Shown here: positions 59,238-64,000 of the stretch, one piece after another | Numbering within the stretch: position 1 is the stretch's first letter | Layout: each line of letters opens with the position of its first letter | Assembly (NCBI GenBank): GCA_043804635.1 | Contig: JAZDIU010000089.1 | Span: forward strand, 8,909 to 72,908 | Direction: 5' to 3' | DNA from: Chloroflexota bacterium | Lineage (GTDB): Bacteria; Chloroflexota; Dehalococcoidia; Dehalococcoidales; UBA2162 | Length of the DNA stretch: 64,000 bases | Made by a program: the position numbers and the translations under genes | The notes under the pieces: generated by a model | Seen by the model: only the letters and a program-made list of their open reading frames with translations | Told to the model about the DNA's origin: nothing | The model's database searches: none

Positions 59238-60140
59238 TTACCCGCTTTTAGCTCTCACTTTAACACCACCCCAATCCTCGATGACTTTAGCAATTGCGGT
59301 GTGGCATTCATCGGCCGCCCCTTGTCCCATTGCGTGGTTATATACCTGCTGGACCATTGTACCTACATACATCGGAACGTGTAATTCGCGCCCGAGGCGG
59401 TTGGCTATTTCGAGGTCTTTGTTCATCAGACTGATACTGAAACCGGAATTAAACTTGTCATTCAGGACGAAATTAGGAAATTTGAACTGGCTCGACCAGC
59501 TTCGACCGGTACTGGAGTTTAGAACCTCTATCACCTTTTCCGGCGAGAGCCCTAGCTTGGTAGCGATTACCATCGCCTCCGAAGTAACAACCATACTACA
59601 GGCAGAGCAGAGATTATTGAGAGCTTTCACCGTATGGCCGGCTGAAACGGGACCCACATGATAAATATTTTTCCCCAACACCTCGAAAATTGGGCGGCAT
59701 TCATTGAAGTCGCTTTCTTTGCCGCCGACCATTATAGAAAGGCTGGCTTCACGTGCTCCCTTAACACCGCCGCTCACCGGGGCGTCTAACATTCTGATTC
59801 CACTGGCCGCCAATTTTTCGCTAATCATCTTGGTACTGCCGGGATAAGAAGTGCCCATATCAATCAGGATGTTGCCCGGGCTGATTCCCTCGAGAACACC
59901 CGCCGGTCCCAGCACAGTCTCCTCTACCTGAGGTGAGGCAGGAAGCATGGTTATCACTACCGAACTCTGCTGAGCGACATCACTAGGGTTTAGACCTTTG
60001 GTCGCCCCTGTCTTTACTAGAGGCTCCATTGCGGCTTCCTTAAGGTCGTAGACCACCAATCGATAGTTCGCCTTAATCAGATTTTGAGCCATCGGAGACC
60101 CCATATTTCCCAGACCGATAAAACCGATTACAGGTTTCAT
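59238..60140 (-). CDS. Beta-hydroxyacid dehydrogenase (3-hydroxyisobutyrate DH family)
   Basis: GFIGLGNMG, DAPVSGG, KALNN, F...LMNKDL. Confidence 0.92.
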   Translation of the reverse strand: MKPVIGFIGLGNMGSPMAQNLIKANYRLVVYDLKEAAMEPLVKTGATKGLNPSDVAQQSSVVITMLPASPQVEETVLGPAGVLEGISPGNILIDMGTSYPGSTKMISEKLAASGIRMLDAPVSGGVKGAREASLSIMVGGKESDFNECRPIFEVLGKNIYHVGPVSAGHTVKALNNLCSACSMVVTSEAMVIATKLGLSPEKVIEVLNSSTGRSWSSQFKFPNFVLNDKFNSGFSISLMNKDLEIANRLGRELHVPMYVGTMVQQVYNHAMGQGAADECHTAIAKVIEDWGGVKVRAKSG

Positions 60141-60235
60141 ACTAACCTCCTTATCACTTCAACAGTAACCAAAGTTACCTTCGATTATTACAGATACTTA
60201 TCGGCTTAGCAACCCGTATCTATTTCCGACCAAAA

Positions 60236-60422
60236 CCGTTCACCTTGAGCCAGTTTACCGTGAGCTTACCGAAGGGAATGGGAAGGGGATAGGTCACCAC
60301 TTATTAACAACTTGTCCCGAGCTGTGTCGAGGGAGCGCCAAAACTTCCTTGACAAACTCAGAACTTGTGTTCTATTATTAATAATGACCTGCTGAGGATT
60401 TATCCCGAGCGAAGTCGAGGGA
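60236..60422 (+). repeat. Cluster of hairpin elements A (60254-60276 degenerate, 60311-60334, 60399-60422) and a partial element D
   Basis: cttgtcccgagctgtgtcgaggga; tttatcccgagcgaagtcgaggga. Confidence 0.85.
60349..60378 (+). promoter_or_regulatory. Sigma70 promoter with perfect LexA-like box
   Basis: TTGACA-18-TATTAT; AGAACTTGTGTTCT at 60360-60373. Confidence 0.8.
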
Positions 60423-60778
60423 AACACAGTAGACTGCTGAGCACCTTAAAATAGAGCAAATCGACCTGCTAAATCGTAAAACGACACGCCTGATAAAAGG
60501 CGCTTTAGCCGTGTCGTTTCTCTGAAAATAAAGTTACTTAAATTTAGCCGGAAACAACTACGCTCAATTCAACCCCGTTTTATGCTGCTTCGCTTCAATT
60601 TTCGGGTTATTAAATCAAGATGTTTTAGCTTCATTCCGCCTTTGTTTTTTATTTGTTTGGTCATTGATTATTGAGTATCGTAATTTGTTTGGTGCTTGTA
60701 TCTTGGTTATTGGTTATTCACCTGATAGCTGTCAGCTAAGTTGCTAAACAACCTGAATAAAGGTAAACTCAGTCTATT

Positions 60779-61495
60779 ATGCCAGAGACTAATCAACCAA
60801 GAGTGGGAGCAGTTATCGCCGCCGCCGGTGCCAGCCAGCGGATGGCAGGCATTGATAAAGTCTTTGCCCCATTGGGTGGCAAACCCGTCCTCGCCCGGGT
60901 CGTAGACGTCTTCCATAACTGCCGCTCTATCGACCAGATTGTCCTTGTCTTAAACCAGCCAAACGTTGCCAAAGCTCAGCAATTAATAGCAGAGTCCGTC
61001 CTTGCCCTGAGCTTGCCGAAGGGTAAAGTAACCGTCTGTGCCGGTGGTGAACGGCGCCAGGATTCGGTGCTCGCCGGACTTAACCATCTGGATAAGTGCG
61101 ACTGGGTGGTAGTCCACGATGGCGCCCGCCCTCTCGTCACCGAAGACTTAATCCTGAAAGGACTGGAATCCGCCCGGGAAACCGGCACTGCCGTCGCTGC
61201 CGTCCCGGTCACCGATACTATCAAATTCGCCGGAGACGACCTCATCGTTCAGGGCACACCCCCCCGCCGCAACCTCTGGGCGGTGCAGACACCCCAAGTC
61301 TTCCGCTTCGACATTATCACCGAAGCCTACCGCCAGATGAAGTACGAAGTCACCGATGATGCCACCCTGGTTGAGCGGACGGGTTACAAAATTAAACTCT
61401 ACACTGGCTCGTATGATAATATAAAGATAACTACCCCCGACGACCTCGCTTTAGCCGAAATTTTATGGCGTAAACGTGAAAAACAAGCAGCGTAG
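60779..61495 (+). CDS. ispD: MEP cytidylyltransferase with apparent 8-aa element-derived insert
   Basis: AAAG.SQRM, GGERRQDSV, VHDGARP, QTPQ, NIKIT..DD. Confidence 0.96.
   Translation: MPETNQPRVGAVIAAAGASQRMAGIDKVFAPLGGKPVLARVVDVFHNCRSIDQIVLVLNQPNVAKAQQLIAESVLALSLPKGKVTVCAGGERRQDSVLAGLNHLDKCDWVVVHDGARPLVTEDLILKGLESARETGTAVAAVPVTDTIKFAGDDLIVQGTPPRRNLWAVQTPQVFRFDIITEAYRQMKYEVTDDATLVERTGYKIKLYTGSYDNIKITTPDDLALAEILWRKREKQAA
61001..61024 (+). repeat. Hairpin element A in frame in ispD (LALSLPKG)
   Basis: cttgccctgagcttgccgaagggt. Confidence 0.85.
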
Positions 61496-61964
61496 TGGCA
61501 TTGGTTACGATGTCCATCCTCTGGTTCCCGGTCGCCGTTTGGTGCTGGGTGGCGTGGACATTCCCTTCGATAAAGGACTCAAAGGCTGGAGCGATGCCGA
61601 TGCCCTGACCCACGCCATCATCGATGCCCTGCTCGGCGCCGCCTGCCTGGGCGATATCGGTGTCCACTTCCCGCCCGGTGACAAGCAATATAAAGACATT
61701 TCCAGCCTGGTTCTGTTAAAAAAGACCGGAGACAAACTGAAAGAGAAAGGTTGGCTAATCGGCAATATTGATGCTATTATTGTAGCTGAGCAGCCCAAGC
61801 TTCAAAAATACTATGAGCGGATGAAGCAGGGGCTAAGCCAAGCATTGAATATCGCCCCCGACCAAGTTAATATCAAAGCCGCCACCTCTGAGGGGCTGGG
61901 CTTTATCGGGCGGGGTGAGGGAATCGCCGCCTGGGTAGTAGCTACAATAGAAGAGGTCTCGTAG
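61476..61964 (+). CDS. ispF: MECDP synthase
   Basis: GIGYDVH, SDAD..HA..DA, GDIG..F, E.LG..GRGEG. Confidence 0.95.
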   Translation: MKNKQRSGIGYDVHPLVPGRRLVLGGVDIPFDKGLKGWSDADALTHAIIDALLGAACLGDIGVHFPPGDKQYKDISSLVLLKKTGDKLKEKGWLIGNIDAIIVAEQPKLQKYYERMKQGLSQALNIAPDQVNIKAATSEGLGFIGRGEGIAAWVVATIEEVS

Positions 61965-62011
61965 ATTTGAAAGAAACTGTGTTCAAACAGATAAGCGATA
62001 TTTCCTTTCTT

Positions 62012-62071
62012 GTAGGACTGAACTGCATCTGTCCCTCGCCCCATCTTCGGGGCAGACAGCAAGCTCAGTCC
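62012..62071 (+). repeat. GTAG-headed REP-like hairpin with nested stems just upstream of the cysE RBS
   Basis: GTAGGACTGA...TCAGTCC enclosing CTGTC/GACAG and GCCCC/GGGGC. Confidence 0.55.
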
Positions 62072-62089
62072 ATAAAAGGAGGTTAATCA

Positions 62090-62722
62090 ATGTCGCTTAT
62101 CCGCAGTATTAGAAATGATATTAGAGCCGTTTACAAGCACGACCCGGCGGCTAGAAATATCCTGGAAATATTGCTGGCTTATCCCGGCTTCCACGCTCGT
62201 CAATATCACCGTATCGCCCATACCCTTTATAAATGGCACATTCCGTTCTTCCCCCGCCTGATATCTCATTTCAGCCGTTTTTGTACCGGCATCGAAATCC
62301 ACCCCGGGGCTAAAATCGGGGAAGGACTTTTTATCGACCACGGTATGGGAGTGGTCATCGGTGAGACCGCCGAGATTGGCGATAACGTTGTCCTGTACCA
62401 GGGAGTAACCCTGGGCGGCACCAGTATGCAGCGCGTCAAGCGCCATCCCACCCTGGGCAATAATGTCGCCGTCGGCTGCGGAGCGGCACTCATCGGGGAT
62501 ATTACTATCGGTGAAAACAGTAAAATCGGCACTGGCTCGGTAGTGATTACCTCGGTTCCACCCAACGCCACGGTGGTCGGCGTTCCTGGAAGAGTCGTCG
62601 CCATAAGAAATCCGGACACCGATACTACCGAGCATTTACCCGACCCGGTATGGGAGAAACTGGACTTACTGGAAAAAAGGATAACCGAACTGGAAAAAAG
62701 CTCGGTGAAAGACAGGAAATAA
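62090..62722 (+). CDS. cysE: Serine O-acetyltransferase
   Basis: [28 protein letters not shown]. Confidence 0.96.
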   Translation: MSLIRSIRNDIRAVYKHDPAARNILEILLAYPGFHARQYHRIAHTLYKWHIPFFPRLISHFSRFCTGIEIHPGAKIGEGLFIDHGMGVVIGETAEIGDNVVLYQGVTLGGTSMQRVKRHPTLGNNVAVGCGAALIGDITIGENSKIGTGSVVITSVPPNATVVGVPGRVVAIRNPDTDTTEHLPDPVWEKLDLLEKRITELEKSSVKDRK

Positions 62723-64000
62723 TGAAGATATACAGCACTCTTTCCCGCCAGAAAGAAGAATTCTCGCCCGCAGGTCCCGAAGTGAAGATGTACGTCTGCG
62801 GCGTCACACCTTATAGCGATGCCCACATCGGCCACGCTATGAGCTATATCATCTTCGATGTCATCCGCCGCTACCTTGAGTTCCGCGGCTACAAAGTGAA
62901 ATACGTCCAGAACCTGACCGATATCGACGATAAGATTATAAACCGCGCCGAAAGATTGGGCGTTTCAACCCAGGAGTTAGCTCAGAAATATATCGATAGC
63001 TTCTTCGAGGATATGGGTGCTCTTAATATCCAGCGGGCTGATGTCTATCCCAGGGCGACCGGCGAAATTTCCGAAATGTTGAAGATAATCAGTAAATTGG
63101 TTGACAAAGGATATGCCTACCCGGCAAAAGGCAGTGTCTATTTCCGCGTGAGAAGCGTCCCCGATTACGGCAAGCTGTCTCACCGTAGTCTGGATTCGAT
63201 GGAAGCGGGCATACGTATCGAACCTAGTGAAGAAAAAGAACACCCAATGGACTTCGTCCTATGGAAAGCGTCTAAACCGGGCGAGCCCTCCTGGGAAAGT
63301 CCCTGGGGTCCCGGCCGACCAGGCTGGCACATCGAGTGTAGTGCGATGTCCCTGAAATACCTCGGCAAAACTATCGATATTCACGGCGGCGGGCAGGACT
63401 TAATCTTCCCTCACCACGAAAATGAGACGGCACAGTCCGAAAGTTTCACTGGAATCAAGCCTTTCGTCAAACACTGGCTCCACAACGGGTTGCTTCAGCT
63501 TGGCGAAGAAAAGATGAGCAAATCCCTGGGCAACCTGGTCACGATAAAGGAAGCTCTGGCTAAATACAGCGCCGATGCTCTCCGCGTCTTCGTCCTTAGC
63601 TCTCATTACCGCAGCCCTCTAACCTATTCTGAAGAAGCTATTCAAGCCGCTGAAAACGGCGCCGAGAGACTACGGCAGGCAGCCCAGCCAAAAGAAAGAG
63701 CCGTGCCTGGAAAGAAGCCACTCAATATTGAATCTTACCGTCAAAGATTTACCGAAGCTATGGATGACGATTTTAACGCTCCTCAGGCGCTATCTGTAAT
63801 TTTTGACTTAGCCAGGGAGATTAACCGTCTAGCTGATGAGAACCATAACGTTGCCGAAAGTCAGCAAATGTTAACCGAGTTAAGCGGAATACTGGGTTTG
63901 ACTCTAAAACCACCACAGCAACTACCATCGGACGTAGCTCCTTTCATTGAGCTTTTAATTGCCACCCGCAAGCGGCTCCGGGAAGCTAAGCAATTCCAGC
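62722..64000 (+). CDS. cysS: Cysteinyl-tRNA synthetase (partial, runs off window)
   Basis: Own translation MKIYSTL...[33 protein letters not shown] overlap with cysE. Confidence 0.96.
   Translation, partial: MKIYSTLSRQKEEFSPAGPEVKMYVCGVTPYSDAHIGHAMSYIIFDVIRRYLEFRGYKVKYVQNLTDIDDKIINRAERLGVSTQELAQKYIDSFFEDMGALNIQRADVYPRATGEISEMLKIISKLVDKGYAYPAKGSVYFRVRSVPDYGKLSHRSLDSMEAGIRIEPSEEKEHPMDFVLWKASKPGEPSWESPWGPGRPGWHIECSAMSLKYLGKTIDIHGGGQDLIFPHHENETAQSESFTGIKPFVKHWLHNGLLQLGEEKMSKSLGNLVTIKEALAKYSADALRVFVLSSHYRSPLTYSEEAIQAAENGAERLRQAAQPKERAVPGKKPLNIESYRQRFTEAMDDDFNAPQALSVIFDLAREINRLADENHNVAESQQMLTELSGILGLTLKPPQQLPSDVAPFIELLIATRKRLREAKQFQ

Noticed and set aside
61965..62089. Cys T-box upstream of cysE-cysS
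   Set aside because: Too short, with no GGTGGNACCGCG motif or terminator.
1..64000. tRNA, rRNA or tmRNA genes
   Set aside because: No cloverleaf or rRNA signature recognised in any intergenic region by eye; tRNAscan/Infernal were not run.

Overview
Bacterial chromosomal window, most consistent with Dehalococcoidia (Chloroflexota). This is inferred from the bacterial Elp3, GuaB3, AGAAC-N4-GTTCT SOS-like boxes and many small zinc-ribbon genes. Housekeeping genes include ftsH, radA, rrf2-cysK-iscS-AIRS-larE, elp3, coaE, comF, a T-box-controlled trpEGDCFBA operon, guaB3, rsmI, metG, queF, ispDF, cysE and a partial cysS. Accessory genes include TA modules, a LamG-like/HEPN protein, a 10-PAS kinase, a catalytic-subunit-less NuoEFG/HydABC-like complex, two TRAP operons and an AprAB-like pair. 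No rRNA, tRNA or CRISPR array was seen. Four signals stand out. (1) A 23-24 bp covarying hairpin element has about 14 copies, nests into itself at one fixed position, has an empty/filled site pair in the window, and sits in frame inside elp3, trpA, trpE, queF and ispD; a related palindrome occupies trpC and the trp T-box. (2) Elp3 lies head-to-head with a Trm9/ALKBH8-like methyltransferase next to a sulfur-relay operon, suggesting a eukaryote/archaea-type mcm5(s2)U34 pathway. (3) A 63-aa microprotein copies the second TM helix of FtsH. (4) A ribbon-helix-helix domain is fused to NuoE. All family calls come from motif recognition by eye; no database search was run.
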